DNA of 64,000 nucleotides from Basidiobolus meristosporus CBS 931.73 (lineage: Eukaryota > Fungi > Basidiobolomycota). Below the pieces are notes generated by a model. That model was not told the DNA's origin. It did not search any database and saw nothing but the letters and a program-made list of their open reading frames with translations. Positions within the stretch are counted from its first letter, which is position 1, and each line of letters opens with the position of its first letter. Shown piece by piece: positions 13,397-27,609 of this stretch. Location: positions 62,001 to 126,000 of the forward strand of contig MCFE01000095.1 in the NCBI GenBank assembly GCA_002104905.1, given 5' to 3'. Position numbers and translations under genes: made by a program.

Positions 13397-16300
13397 TGTT
13401 ATGATTTACTGACTGAATGTTTTAGTTAGAACAGTTTTAGTCAAATCAATTACCTATATGCTTAGCCTATTAGAACACCAGTGTTATCTATCAAATCAGT
13501 AGCATTAATCAGCAGATGAATCAGCAGATCTTTATCAGACAGGAATAGATATATTCAGATAGGATCTTATCGTGTGATGATGATGAAATCATATGAGTCA
13601 TCAGCCACAACCTACATTAGGAAATACTATTACAGCAAATGATCTGGCAAAATTGTATATAAGGAGCTGTTGGAACCTAAATGAAAATCAGTTCAGGTTT
13701 TAGTGAATACAACACTAGCTAAACACCCTATTCCTCTGCAACTCTTATTCCAAAGCTTGTAGCATTGGTAGCAGCAATAACCAGAAACCTCCCCCCTGAA
13801 GAAAGAAGAAGCCTCCCTCAAGATGTCCAAAAATCAAGAATGGAAGAATGCTTTGCAACAAATACTAGTGTAGCAGCAACAGTTACCCCAGGTCCTTAGC
13901 CAGCAGCAACAAGGAATGACTACCTTGGCCCAAAGCTAGCAAAACCCCATCAAGAGCAACTTTATTGTGAAGGTCAACCGGTATCATGGTAGAGTCAATG
14001 AAAACCTGGGAACTTGGCTCTTCCGGATTGAAGAAGCTTTGAAGGCTAAGGGAATTGCTCCAGAAAGCAAGTTACATTATGCAGCCTCTTAACTGGCAGA
14101 TGCAGCTTTACAGAGGTACCACAACAAGATCAGGTCAGCCACCATAACAGGATGCTCTACAATCTCTACCTGGGATGAGTTTGTGTCCAAAATTCAGGAT
14201 GCTTTTACAACTCCATACCAGTAGATGCTACTACAAAGAATGTTGAAGACACCCAGACAGAAAGAAATGGTTCAAGAGAACATCAATGAGTACAGATGTC
14301 TACTTGGACAAATTGAAAGAATGGACCTGCTGAATCAGGTGGAATACTTTATTGATGGATTAAAAGTAAGAACTTGCAAAGAAGTGAATTATTGAAGACC
14401 CCAGAGTATTGAAGAAGCCATCAAGATTGCCATTGACTATGACTCAGCTATGCTTGGTGTTGGGAAGCCCATAATGACTAATCAGTGAGGCTACCATCAT
14501 TATGAAAGGAGATAATCATTATGAAAGGAGATAATCCAAAGCAGCGCCAAGGAAAATAGTAACTGTGTAAAAGAATTATACCCCAGAAGAATGTACAAAG
14601 AAAGGACTTCGCTTCAATTGCCACCAACAGGGACATATTTCAAAGTACTGCCCTTAGAGAAGAAATGAACACCAGCCATCAGGAACCTTCAACTATATTA
14701 AAGCCCTTGAGCATAATAACATAGAGGATCAACTTGGAGAAGACTCAGAACTCACCTCCCACATATCAGAAGAATACCTATCCCAGTCAACCTCAAATTC
14801 AGGAAAGCTATTATTCTTGAATGGAGTAATCAATGAAGTACCTGCTAAGATCATGATGTACCCTTGAGGATCACCTGAGTACATGTCAGAGCAATTTGCT
14901 TTGAAAGCTGGAATCAACTCAGATCTTACCAAATCAGCTTCACTCTCAGCAGCTGATAGGAACTCTCACATAATCAACCATATTATTCAGCCAGTATGGA
15001 TGAAGATCAATGACTATGAAGAAAACCTACAGACCTATATATTTGGGAACTGCAAGTTTTACCTTGTATTTGGAAAAACCTGGTTATTTTGTTATAATCC
15101 ATCAATCAACTGAAGAACCCATGCTACTCAAGTCCAGAAGGACAACAAGACATATGATCTATTATCTGCCAGACTGGATCTCAACTTGGTCAACTTCAGT
15201 GATTGTGAAACAAGTGAACTTAGCAAGACACAGTTCTGTAGAGCACTTAGAAAAGGCACCCAGATGATTCTCAGTAGTATTGAAGGAGTATTCCTCTACT
15301 CCAGTGCCCCAGAAGGTCCAGACTCTTTTGAAGGAATATTCAGACATATTTCCATATGAACTTGTAAGCCTACCACCAGTCAGAGATGTGGATTGTACCC
15401 TTGAAACAGGAGATAGCCCTCCAGTGAGTAAGTCACCTTGCAGAATGAGTCCATTGGAATTGGAAGAGATGAAGAGAAAAATAGATCAGTTATTGGAGCA
15501 AGGAAATATTAGACCCAGCAAGTCACCTTGGGAAGCACCAGTACTATTTGTAAAGAAGAAAGATGGAACACTTAGGATGTGCATTGACTAGAGAGCCTGC
15601 AACTCAATTACCGTGAAGAATAAGTACCCCATACCTTGAATTGGTGATTTTGTGGACCAACTCAATGGAGCCACTATTTTCAGCAAGATTAACCTTAAGT
15701 CAGGATACAACCAGATCAGGGTGAAGCCAGAAGACATCCCTAAGACAGCATTCAGGACCAGATATGGACATTTGAAGTACTTAGCCATGAGTTTTGGCCT
15801 CAACAATGCCCCTGCCATATTCATGACCCTGATGCATACTGTCTTTCAGGAGTACTTAGACAAGTTTGTGATAATCTACCTAGATGATATAATGATACAC
15901 AGCAACACAGAAGAGGATCATTTAGTGAACATTGAAAAGGTCTTGAAAAAGCTAACAGAGAACAAACTACATGGCAAGCTAGCCAAGTATGAATTTGTCA
16001 AGGAACACATTAAATATCTGGGACACATAGTGCCAAGTACAGGAGTGACTTTAGAATGTAAGAAGGTCAAAGTTATCAAGATTCTGAAGCAGCCCCGTAG
16101 CATATGAGAACTCAGATCATTCCTTGGAATGGTGTCTCATTATCAGATATTTGTTAAGTCCTTTGCAAGTATTGCAGCCCCTTTAACTGATATCTTCAAG
16201 AAAGAAAATTCCTACAAGTGGGACATAGCTTGTGAGACTGCCTTCCAGACACTCAAGAATGAACATGCTAAGCTGCCAAGCTTAAGAATACCTGACTTCA

Positions 16301-18340
16301 GAAAAGAGTTTACTCTGTGCTCAGATGCTTTAGATTATGCAATTGGTGGAATGTTGAGCCAAGAATACAAGGGAAAGAACTACTCAGTTGCCTTTGAATC
16401 AGAAACTGAGCTCAGCAGAACAAAACTATCCAGTGTATGAGAAGGAGATGCTAGCTATAATACACTGCTTGAAGACATAGAGATGCTATATTGAAGAGGC
16501 AAATGCACTGTGAAGACTGATCATGCCTCCCCCAAGATATATTTACTGAGAAGGTACTCTCTAGAAGAATGATAAGATGGAGTGAATGCATTCAGCAATG
16601 TGATTTGTCTACTGCACTGTGAAAAACAACACTGCTGCTGATGCCTTATCCAGATTAGAACAAGTTGCACAACTCAAATTGGTGCATGAGTCAGATTGGC
16701 CTAGCCTATTATCAAAGTACTTGGAGGACCAAGCCATTCCTAATGAAGTGGATGAAGAGTTCAATAAGATAATCCGGGATAAAGCCAGCAAATTTTTGGT
16801 ACAGGATGAAACACTATACCAAATTTTTGATGGAAGCCCTGTTGCCTATTGCCCTTGTGTTTCTTGCCTGGATTTAATACATAAGCTACATAATGGATAT
16901 GGACATCTTGGAATTGAAGGAACCTATATCCTTGTGAAATCCAGAGCATGGTGGCCCAGAATGAAACAAGAGATTGAGAAGCTAATGAAAACATGCCCAA
17001 GTTGCCATATCAATCAAGGTCAACCACAGAGAATTGCTGAACTCTTTCCCTTGGAGCCAATAAGACCACTGGAAAGATGGGGAATTGACTTTATTGGAAG
17101 ACTGCCAACTACCAGGAAATACAACCATTGGATCCTAGTAGCGATTCACCATGCCATTGAATGGCCAGTGGCTAAAGCAGTACATGTAGCCAGTGAATAA
17201 GAAGTTGCAAGTTTCATCTGCCATGAGATCCTTATGAAGTTTTGATGCCCCAGAGAGATTCTATTTAATAGAGGAGCAAACTTTATGGCAAAGACATTAG
17301 AAGCTTACCTGGAGATGCAGCACATCAGACACTTGAAAACCTTGGCATATCACCCTAGAACTAATGGAGTCACTGAGCAATTTAATTGCCTATTTGGAAA
17401 AATGCTGACCAAGTGTGCATATGGAGCTGTCAGTAGATGGGATTAGTATATAGACCAAGCTCTCTTTGCATGTAAAGTTAGAATACACAACATCACCCAA
17501 CAATCACCATTTTACTTGGTGTACGGATGTGAACCAAGGATTCCAGGAGATCTCACATAACCAAACCTTACAGATGCCTTAGAAGAGGAGCTTAGTTAGC
17601 CAAGTAGACTCCAGCAGCTGGAACAAAGACATCAAGAGGCAAGAGCCAAAGCATCTGAAAGTGCAGAAAAGATGAAGCATAGATTTGATAAGACTATATC
17701 ACCAGAATCATTGACAGTTGGGAACTTTATATTGCTGAGAAGCAATACTTGGAGCAAGTTTGAGCCACAATGGACGTGACCTTTTAAGATCATCAGAGAA
17801 TGTCCATTTGCAACTTACAAACAAGTGAACAAAGAAGGGAATATCCGGGAAGATTTAGCTCATAGAGACAGGCTTAAGCTTGCAAGACTTGCCAACAATA
17901 TGGAACCATCAAGATAGTGGTATCATAAGAAATAATACTCAGGAGAACCCTCTCAACTTTAGTAGGGGGAATGTTATAATCTACCGCTTGAATGGTTAAG
18001 TTAGATGAGTTTTAGTCAAATCAATCTGTTATATCTGTAGCCTATCAGTATATCAGTGTAATCTATCAAATCAGTAGCACTAGCCAGCAGATGAGTCAGC
18101 AGATTCTTATCAGAGAGGGATAGATATATTAAGCAGGATCTTACTGGGTTAATGACAATGCAATCAAGTGAGTCATCAGCCACAACCTACACTAGGAAAT
18201 ACAACTAGTCAGCAAATGATCTAGCAAAATTGTATATAAGGAGCTGCTAGAACCTCAATAACAATCAGTTCATGTTTAGTGAATACAATACTAGCTAAAC
18301 TCCCTATTCCTCTACAACTCTTATACTAAGACTTGTAACA
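13397..18340 (+). mobile_element. Full-length but decayed Ty3/gypsy element, family B
   Basis: LTRs 13397-13764 and 17972-18340 (roughly 80% identical by eye); TSD GCCT; gag with CCHC knuckle ~14620; RT ([19 protein letters not shown]); RNase H (SDALDYAIGG); integrase (HxxxGH, GIDF); PPT AGTAGGGGGAA; no chromodomain seen. Confidence 0.93.
13766..13775 (+). promoter_or_regulatory. Primer binding site of gypsy B, tRNA-iMet-like
   Basis: TGGTAGCAGC 1 nt after the 5' LTR; complementary to an iMet-type 3' end (CUGCUACCA). Confidence 0.6.
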
Positions 18341-20418
18341 GCCTCATCCTTTGTCTTGAGGTAGTAAACTCATGTGTATCTTGTATGGTCATCTACAAAC
18401 ATTGTAATGTTTATCTTTTCTATAAGGGGCAGTCTACTCATGGGCCCACATATGTCTGAGTGCACAATAGCCAGTATTTTGGCAGTTTTGATACCTTCTG
18501 AATTCCTGAGACATTGCCTAGCATGTATGCAATATGAACAGTCCTCACAGATGCTCAATTTGATTGGATTTGAGTAACTTAGGCCCAAAACAAATTGATT
18601 TTCCAAGAACTGCCTTATATTTTGTTTGACCATGTATCCTAGCCCCCTATATCACACCTCTCAGTATGTCTCATCAGTTTTAGCTATGTTGAAATACTCA
18701 GGCAAAACAATCATGCATAATAAGCTATATGTATTGTGATATCTGATTCCCAAAGCCTGTTGTTCATTTTCACTCAATATTGAGCAGCTCAGCTTAGTAA
18801 AAATAAATCTTAACCTCTTATAAGCTTCTTTCCTGACTCACAGCATATTCTTGGATATTTAAGGTACATTGAGTACGTCAATCAGTTTTGCTGTTGTGGC
18901 CCCTGGGATGTTGCTGATATTTAGCTGTATAGACCCACTGGTGGCAACTTCTAATGCAGTGTTGTCTCCCTGATAAACTCTTGTAGCAGGAGTAGCCTTT
19001 AAGCTGATGAACCACTCCTTTATACTGCATAGATGCTGTGATGCTGCAAAGTAAATATACAATACATTACCTTACATCTTTGCACTCTCTTATACAGTTA
19101 CAAATAACTGTTCATCTATACTTATAAGATTTGCCTGCTCTAGTTGCTACTTACATTCACTTACCCTGTGTCCTGGCTTCTTACAGTAGTTAGGCAACCT
19201 GGTTTACTTCAATTCTGTTGCTTTCCAAATGTTTCTGTGTTCCTTTCTGAGCTGAACAAAGTACTATTTTCAGTCTTCTCTGCTTGATCATTGTATATGA
19301 GTTCTTCATGGAGAATTCTTCCTTTAACATAGTTCAAGATTATCTTGACAACTTTTGAAAGAAAGTATCATTGGCACATACTTGTTTGGTAGGCTGCAAG
19401 GCAGACAGAGTATTTTTTCATCATTATCTACTCCAGCATTAGCACTGTAAAGTTCTGCTGCAAGTGTTTCCATTCTGGTAATGAGCTGTAACATGTTATC
19501 CTCTGGCTGCTTCCACATTGTGAAGAATTTCCTTTTTAATAAAGCTTGCTTGATGCTGGCTTTACTCTGAAGATCTTCTCTAAGAACTCCCATGCTACTT
19601 TGGCAATATTAGTAGCATGAGCATGTCTAATGAAGGAATCTTGCACATTGAAGCATATGATATCAAAGGCTTTTCTCCTTCTCTTAAAACCTCTCAGCCT
19701 CTGCTGCCATTCCTTTAGGTTCAACTTCCATTCCTGTAGCTATACTTCAAAGCTTTCTTTCCTCAAGGCAGTTGTGCATTTTGAATCTCCAAAGTCTGTA
19801 GTCTTTCTATCAGGCCTATCCTTTACAGGGACAATGTTTGTGTATGCTATATGGAACTTATTAGGACATGATGATGAAAGATAAGCAGCCGTTTAGTCAA
19901 AAAGAAGCGGAGGATTGATACTGATGTAGAAGTAATATAACTATAACACTAAGTAAGGAGAGTTTCTCAACATTCAGGAGCCTTCCATAACAGTTTCACG
20001 GTTAGTACCTAATGTATGGTAAAAGTGCTAATTTGATCTCAACTGTAGGGGAATAATCAGAGGATCATGGATAAGAAAGGAACTGGAGAGGCTAGGGCTA
20101 TAATACAGTCATAGAATATTCAATACTAGTCCCAAATTGCTACATTATTTTAGCAATGGAATGATACTAAGTAGTTCTACATTTCAACAGTACTCACATA
20201 CCTTCTGCCTGAAACTTTAGAATTGCTGCCCTGATAAGTTCTGTGTAAATTGTTCTTGGAAGCCACTTAGCTCTACTGGCATATCATGCATCACGTCAGT
20301 CATTTTAGGCACAAACTCATTCAAAATTTCCTTGGTTCCCAGAGATGATGCACAATAAGACAAAGACAGTCTGCACTGTGCAAATTGCCCACAGATTTGC
20401 TTGAGTATAGCTTCCTGC

Positions 20419-20772
20419 ATTATGAGCAGTGGCTTGAATGTAGGCTAGATGAGTACTTACTCAAATCCATTAGTTTAATATTTAGCCTAGCAGTATACCA
20501 GCATTATGTATTGAATCAGCATGATTAGTCAGCAGAGCCTTATCAGACGGATATCAGTATATTGACTAAGATCTAATTGGGTCACAATGATACAATTAAA
20601 TGAGTCATCAGCAACAACTAACATTAGGAAATTCAATTATTGAACAATTGATCCAAGGAAATGTAGTGAAGGAGCTGCTGGAATCTCAATAAATATGAGC
20701 TCAAGTTTTAGCCAATACTATACTAGCTAAACTCACTATTCCTCAACAGCTATTATATTAAGACTTTCAACA
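20419..20772 (+). repeat. Decayed solo LTR of gypsy family B
   Basis: Shares GAGTCATCAGC-ACAAC, AAGGAGCTGCTGGAA and CTAGCTAAACTC motifs; ends TTTCAACA. Confidence 0.8.
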
Positions 20773-20799
20773 GCTGCATTAGCACTTTGTACTATGATG

Positions 20800-20960
20800 T
20801 AAAGTACCCTTTGCCTTAAATTGATGAGCTTTTGGATCAACTCTATGGGGCTACCATATTTAGCAAGATTTCCCTGATGTTAGGACACAAACAGACTAAG
20901 GTGAAGCCACAAGACATCCCTAAGACAGTATACAGAAACAGATATGGACATTAGAAATAC
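20800..20960 (+). pseudogene. pol: Gypsy B reverse transcriptase fragment
   Basis: Matches 15640-15780 (DELLDQLYGATIFSKI ... EDIPKT). Confidence 0.75.
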
Positions 20961-21089
20961 TAGCTGTATATCAGTAGTACTATTCCCAGTGCCAATGATC
21001 CTGAGGCTTTGTGAGACACTTATTAGATGAGCTACATGTCTAAATTAAGTATCAGAAACAGTAGGAGGAGATATATTTATATGTATCTG

Positions 21090-21750
21090 AACATGGAATT
21101 TCTACCACCATCAAGAAAAGTGCTACTGGAGATCCTGACCAAAAGTGTATGCATATATTCTTTATATGTACTGTGGAGATTGCATGAAACACTGTGTAAG
21201 AATGTATTAGTTGCCCTATACTGGTAAATATATCACTAAGCATTTAGTGATTGTCAACTATACATATATAAACATGGATCAGATGTTGATCTTGCTATTA
21301 TGAGCATATCAAGTTGCTTGCAGCTCCCAGCTATGGGCCACACTGCAGTAATGGCGTCTACTACCCAGATGCTGAGAGAAATGGCTTTTTAAGGAAGTTT
21401 ATTTGATCAAACTTGATCAAGCCTGTGAAGCGTTATACCAGATTCAAACAGATGATCACTTTGGGATGACACATCTCAGAATAGGAGTGCTCTGCAGATA
21501 AGTGGTTTTTGAGCACTCTAGACAATCTGACAGACTGTAGATATGCTACCTGCATGATCCAGATCTAGATCAAAAGGAAAATCCATCAACAAGCCTCCTC
21601 AAGACCAGATATGGAACAAAACCCTACCACCAATAAGTTGTCAGTTTCTAAATGGAGTTAGGTGCTACCCAAGCCAGATTTGGACTATCTAGCACACTAG
21701 ATATGATCCAGCAGTCCTATCACACAAGGATAATGGAGTACTGATGCTTG
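21090..21750 (+). repeat. Unclassified repeat Z, old CpG-depleted copy
   Basis: Colinear word matches to 62710-63560: CATGGA..GATGTTGAT (21273/62914), ATGGGC (21333/62989), AGATATGCTAC (21539/63194), AAG(C/T)CAGATTTGG (21671/63485). Confidence 0.6.
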
Positions 21751-22680
21751 AGAAAGCAACAGAAAAGTCCATGAGAAACTAAACACTCAGAGGCAACATC
21801 AATATTACAGTTAACAATGAAGTTAACCTCTTTGCAGTTGGAGCTGGAAAAGTGGTACCAAGGACCAACCTATGGGTTATAATGGGTGCAGAGTCTATCA
21901 AGATGCAAAGGGAAGATCTGAGTATTGTAACAGAGATATCAGTCCAAGATGGTTTTTGCCTAGATCAGAAGGATGAATATGATCTATCTAGGGCAATTTT
22001 AGAAGGCAGGGAGCACCAGAAGAGGTAGCTTCCGTAGGAGTACAATATCCCAGATCAGGAGTGAAGAAAACCTAGGCTTGATACCATTCAAAGCACTAGT
22101 CCAGAAGCGGAAGTACTGGGTCAACTGGTGAGGGGCAACCACAATGCTGACCAATTGTTGGTCTCAGCAGATCATATAAGGACTATATGAGGAAAGTTAT
22201 TATCCAGATCCAGATATGGATATATGGAGCATAGTTAAGTGAATTAGACTATATACCAGAACTGTGGACAATCCTGATCTACGGGAGAGAAGATTACATC
22301 TTAATTTTGCCAATTATTGACTGGTTTTACTCAAATAAGAAACTGCAGAGAGCCTGAGAACGCAGCAATTTGATGACAGAATGTACAACAGGATATGGTC
22401 AGTATCTGAAAAGTTCTACACTGATCAAGTGGATGATACTCCTCCAGAGATATTTTGTGATGAAATCAGTATTTAGAATCAAAGTTATTTGGTCTAAAGT
22501 ATTGAATTAACAGTACAGACTTATACTTAGTTATTGCAGATAACATGCAATCCTTAACATATATTGGAGAATATATTAGTCCAATAGGCTATATGGTTAA
22601 TTGCAGGTTTAATTCCATCTGGAAGATACATATCACTGCAGCAAGTTCATATGGATATGAATATATTATGTGAATGGGAG

Positions 22681-23030
22681 TGTTGAAATAATCAGGAGTC
22701 CACCTAATTACTAATATAGAATCAACTAGCACTTAGTTAAAATGACATATTTCAGATTATTAACCTTGAAATAAATTTGTATGATATTTGCAAATTATTA
22801 GAAATTAGAGAGGTACAAAATTTTAGGAAAATTAGAAACTGGTCCAAATGAGCTGAAACCTGGCACAGGTACTCATGAGACTTCTCCAATAATGAACAAA
22901 TAGTTACATTTGCATAGTTCTGCAATAAGTATAAATACTTTGTTGCAACTCTACAAATCAACAAGTGAATATCATATAAATCTTCTAATTCTGTATTAAA
23001 CTTTGAATGTATCTCTCTAATGTTTTGACA
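22681..23030 (+). repeat. LTR family E (350 bp, probably copia)
   Basis: Preceded by PPT-like GAATGGGAG; TGTTG...TTGACA; partial inverted copy at 29668-29905. Confidence 0.75.
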
Positions 23031-23034
23031 GATA

Positions 23035-23957
23035 CAAACTGCCTTACAAGAGTATTTAGATGAATTTGTGTTAATCTACCTAGATGACATACTGATATAC
23101 AGCAAGATAGAAGTGGAACACTTAGTGCACATTGAAAAGGTCTTGAAGAAGCTAAGAAAGAACAAGCTATATGGCAAGCTAGCAAAGTGTGTATTCCTGA
23201 AAGAACACTTTGAGTACTTGGGACACATAGTGGCAAGCACAGGAGTGGCCTTGGACCCCAAGAAGGCTGAAGTTGTCAAGAATCTGAAGCAGCCCCATAG
23301 CATATCAGAACTCAGATCACTCCTGGGAGTTGTTTCCTATTATTGGAGATTTGTAAAGTCTTTTACAAGTATTGTAGCCCCTTTAGCATATATTCTCAAG
23401 AAAGATAACATCTTGAAGTGGGACAGAGCCTGTAAGACTGCCTTTCTGACACTCCAGAATAAACATGCTAAGCTACCAAGCTGGAGAATACCTGGCTCCA
23501 GAAAAGAGCTTACTCTGTGCACAAATGCTTCAGACTGTACAGTTAATGGAGTGCTGAGCCCAAAACAAGAATGAAAGCACCACCCAGTTGCTCTTAAACC
23601 CAAAGAAATATTGCACTGAAGGAGTCAAGTGCACTGTGAAGTCAATTAGATTTATAATTAGCCTATCAGAATACAAGTGCTACCTATCAATTCAGCAATG
23701 TTAGTCAGCTGAAGAATCAGCAGATTCTTTAAGACAGATATATATACATAAAGAAGATCTAATTGGGTGATGATGATGAAATAAATCATTCATCAGCCAC
23801 AACCTACGCTAGGAAATACAATTAGTCAGCAAATGATCTGGCAAGATGTGTAAATGGAGCTGCTGAAACCTCATTTAAGATCAGTTCAGGTTTCTGTGAA
23901 TACAATACTGGCTAAACTTCCTGTTCCTCTACCACTGTTATATCACAACTTGTTACA
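23035..23957 (+). mobile_element. Gypsy B RT/RNase H fragment fused to a 5'-truncated LTR-B
   Basis: ORF 23068-23574 (IYLDDILIYS, EYLGH, ELRSLLG, CTNASD); LTR-B 3' part 23640-23957. Confidence 0.85.
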
Positions 23958-23964
23958 GTATTTA

Positions 23965-24990
23965 ATAGCTGAGGAAGTGGTATTTACAAAAGTTCTGACA
24001 GATCAACATCTTTGGGCAATTGCACAAGCTATGCATATAATGTAAGGCCATTATTTCGCAGTAGAGCACACCAGACATAGGTATACAACCTGTGTAGATT
24101 TCTCATGATTGGGTTGACAAGATCAGAAGTTTGGTGCAATCAAAGTCACTACAATTTGTATAGAAATAGGGTGCCAATATTTAGTTATTGGACTTTTTTA
24201 ATTGCAACTCTTAAAGTACTGCCTCAAGTGAACTGCAATTTGAAAAAGATATTAGCTACTAAATGCTCAGCATAACAAACAGATAATAGATGAATGGATT
24301 TTCAGAATCTTCAGCAGTTGTGCTTCAAAGTCAGAAAATATGGATCTTTCATTTGTAGGTCACATTAGTTACAGGTAAAATAGAGATACAAGGGCAACAT
24401 TGGATTTGGGAAAATATAGTAATGCAATACTATCCATTACTGTATAATGCACATTACATGCCACCACTTCAAGATTGTGCAAGCAAACTTTATCCCAATC
24501 CTTGCCAAATATTTCAGCACCAGGGTACTGGCACATATGAATATATACTTAACCAACCTTCTTCATAAGAGTGCCATGCCTCAAGTTGATGTATAATGAG
24601 TCAATATGCATTGCTTAGTGCAAAACTGTCTGAACTTTATCAACTACTCAACCAGACTCAGGTTTGCTGGAGCATATCAAATTGTATTTACATGTAGCAT
24701 TGCACTGATCTCCACCCAGAGCTATGCCAAAATATCATCTAATAAGGACACATTGCAAGTGCATGCATTGCAGGAGTCTTTGCAATCAAAAGAACATATT
24801 AGCACAGGGCACTTCATGCTAGTTCATTAACATTATCTGGTGCAATTCAACATGGCTAAGCTATAGCATGGCACCCATCTACCAGGATGCAAAATACTGA
24901 CTACAAGTACACAAGTAGCCCAGTTGATAGGTAACCAGGGAGTAGCTTAGGTGTGCAAAGTGAATCACTACCAAGTGCTTCAGTAAGGAT
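23965..24990 (+). repeat. Unclassified dispersed repeat Y, fragment
   Basis: 23965-24445 aligns with the reverse complement of 44360-44835; 24480-24990 with the reverse complement of 1280-1800. Confidence 0.75.
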
Positions 24991-25199
24991 CTAACATTAG
25001 TTTTTTGGTTGGTGCAGTATGTGTGAGCTGGGGATTTATTTTGTGTGTGTAGTGCTAAAAGTGAGCAGAAAGTAGTAATAGGGCAATTGTTATATATTTG
25101 GAAGCTGTGCAGCAGTATATAGCATCACACTAGTGTTAAACTGAGTATATTTGAAAACTAGTGTGAGTGTTGGGTTTCCATCTATACTAGGCATGATAC

Positions 25200-25540
25200 A
25201 TATTGCCTCTTTTCAAATACCCTTGCTGACAGCTCATTTTTGATTTCAGTCAGGCATTGTAATATATCTTCTCAAATACATCTATTGGCATTTGATGTAG
25301 AGCATGTGCCGCAGCCTTCTTCTTGATTTCTCCTATCTCTGTTAACTCCCCAAGGTATCCAGTTTGGCCAGATTAATGAGTAGTGCCCAGATATCTTCAT
25401 GAGTACTCATCATAGACACCTGCGCCATACTTGAATCATTTAGCTAAAACTCAAATGGATTCAACATTGACTTGTCTAGTTATGACCACACTTGAGAGCT
25501 AGGGAGGAATTATGGCTGAGTTGTATCAAAGATGAGCTGA
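25200..25540. repeat. Unclassified dispersed repeat W
   Basis: Aligns with 30540-30829 (same strand) and 50600-50805 (opposite strand), e.g. AGGTATC(C/T)AG..GCCAGAT.AATGAGT.G.(G/A)CCCA.AT.TCT. Confidence 0.7.
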
Positions 25541-25710
25541 GATGTTACAAATCTTGATTATGAATAAACAACAGTTCAGCTATTATCACTATTTATTGAT
25601 AAGTTCCTTATATCCAAATCACTTCTTAAATTGCAACAGGATCAAAGAGGAATAGGGGGTATAATAGGTACTGACACACTAGAACTTGGACTGATTTTCA
25701 TTGCGGTTTC

Positions 25711-26443
25711 TGTTAAAATCTTGAACTATTTGGTATCATTCCACTGCTAAAAATTTACTTAACAATTCCAGACTAGTCTTGGTCACTGTAGGACTAATCT
25801 ACAGCCCTAACTTTGCCAGTTTCTTCAAATCTAAGATGCTGTGAGTATTCCCCTATAGTCAAGATCAAATTAGCACATTTCTACCAAACATTTTGTCCTA
25901 ACCCTGAAATTGGCCCCAAGTGTGTCTACTAAGTACAAGGCTCCTTGCTCAAGCATGTTGGTGTTTATGGGACTTGCACACACTGGTGTGCTGGCACTGC
26001 AAGGCCCAATATTAAATACAGCAAGGCATGCCAGAGCAATCTGCGTACAGTGGCCTGCAAAGTTCTGGATACTGTTGAAATATTGAGCTATTTGGTATCA
26101 TTCCACTGCTAAAAATTTACTTAACAATTCCAAACTAGTCTTGGTCTCTGTAGGACTAATCTACAGCCCTAACTTTGCCAGTTTCTTCAAATCTAAAATG
26201 CTGTGAGTATTCCCCTATAGTCAAGATCAAATTAGCACATTTCTACCAAACATGTTGTCTTAACCCTGAAATTGTTATAGAATGCTCCTGAATATTAAGT
26301 AACCATCATTACTTAGTGATACACCTCTGTTACTTCTACAAAGGTATAAATACTGATCCACTTTATGAATAAGCAATAGTTCAACTATTATAACTATTTC
26401 TTGATAAGTTCCTTATATCCAAATCACTTTTTAAATTGCAATA
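25711..26443 (+). repeat. Solo LTR-C expanded by an internal templated insertion and partial duplication
   Basis: TSD GTTTC at 25706-25710 and 26444-26448; LTR 5' half present twice; 25909-26103 copies 10374-10568. Confidence 0.88.
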
Positions 26444-27119
26444 GTTTCAGTTGCTTTATATATAAAAACTCAAAAGATCAAGTGTTGACCAACTTGATGT
26501 CACAAAGTAAGCTCTGACTGATGCACTACTTGATGTACTAGCTTCTGTCTGATAAAGCTCTACTAATTTATTTGCTCATCAATACTATTGATTTGAGAGA
26601 TAATGCTACTTTACTGATAGGCTTTACATATGTGCTACTTGGTGGGACTAAGAACTGATCTGGCTTTAACATACAAGGGTCAGATCATGACATTTTCCCC
26701 TGATGATTTTATGTTTGCTTTCCTAAATCACTTTTTGGGTGATACTAGTATCCTGAATGTTCACAGTTGTCTGCAAGTCCTGCATGCTAGAGTCCCTCTT
26801 TATGAGCTCTATCTTCTGGGATATTTCCTTTTTTGGCCGCCAGCTTGTAGGTTGCAAATGGACAGCTGCTGATGCTCATGAAAGGTTCCACTCCCTGTTA
26901 CTCAAACTTCTGCTTAGTGCTGTTACTCAGTAGTATAAAGTTTGAGGCTACCAATGCTTCTGGTGATATAGTCTTACAAACTCTCTTCTTCATCTTTTCT
27001 ATACTTTTGAACATTTAGGCTGCTGCCTTGTGACAACATTGTTGCAGTTCTTGGTGTCTACTTGATTGACTGAACTCATCCTCCCAAAAGCCAAAAACTA
27101 GTTTGTTTCAGATCTCCAG

Positions 27120-27480
27120 GATACCCTGACTCACAACCATACACTTAGTAAAATGGGGCAAAGGGCCCAAGGCAATATGGCTTTCATCAACTATTTAGTC
27201 AAGTATATCTTTTTGTATTACAAGGTTGCTGGCTTTGTCTTTGATTAGCTTCTTGCTGTTTCATCAACCCCATTAGCAATGACTTGGTCCTCCAAGTACT
27301 TTGGTGAAAAGCAGCCTCAATCTGATACTCAAATCAGGTTGAGTTGTGCAGGTTTTTATAGTTTTAGTTAGGCATCAGCAACCATGTTGCTTTTCCCAGG
27401 GCATTAGACAATCCTCAAGTCAAGTAGCTGAATGTATCCCCTCCATCTTGTAGTTCTTCTGCATAGTGAACTTCTTTTGT
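27120..27480 (-). pseudogene. pol: Gypsy B RNase H/integrase fragment
   Basis: Reverse complement aligns with 16545-16800 (ADAL..., CAAAGTACTTGGAGGACCAAG). Confidence 0.7.
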
Positions 27481-27609
27481 TAGATTGTGCTACATGGTAC
27501 TCACCAGTTTGTAATGCAATATTGACTGGGCTCTCTATGGTACTGTCAGGCACTATAACTTCTACCAATATACTGGTGGCAGGTTGCGGTTACGGGTGAT
27601 TATGCTCAA

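Larger units (their letters stand above)
10915..20189 (-). mobile_element. Old copia family C element (3' LTR ~10915-11251, RNase H/RT, integrase, protease, gag, 5' LTR remnant ~19915-20189), interrupted by gypsy B
   Basis: PPT-like (plus-strand TTCCCCCT) next to the left LTR; RNase H ORF 11359-11544 (QHFVREAV); RT ORF 12045-12254; integrase ORF 18370-18633 (HSDICGPM); protease ORF 18859-19062; gag ORFs 19324-19724; many stops and frameshifts. Confidence 0.85.

Noticed and set aside
23965-24060. Repeat Y as a hAT transposase (D..FW and VL.PL words)
   Set aside because: Motifs are in the wrong order for hAT and too short; no dimerisation-domain motif found
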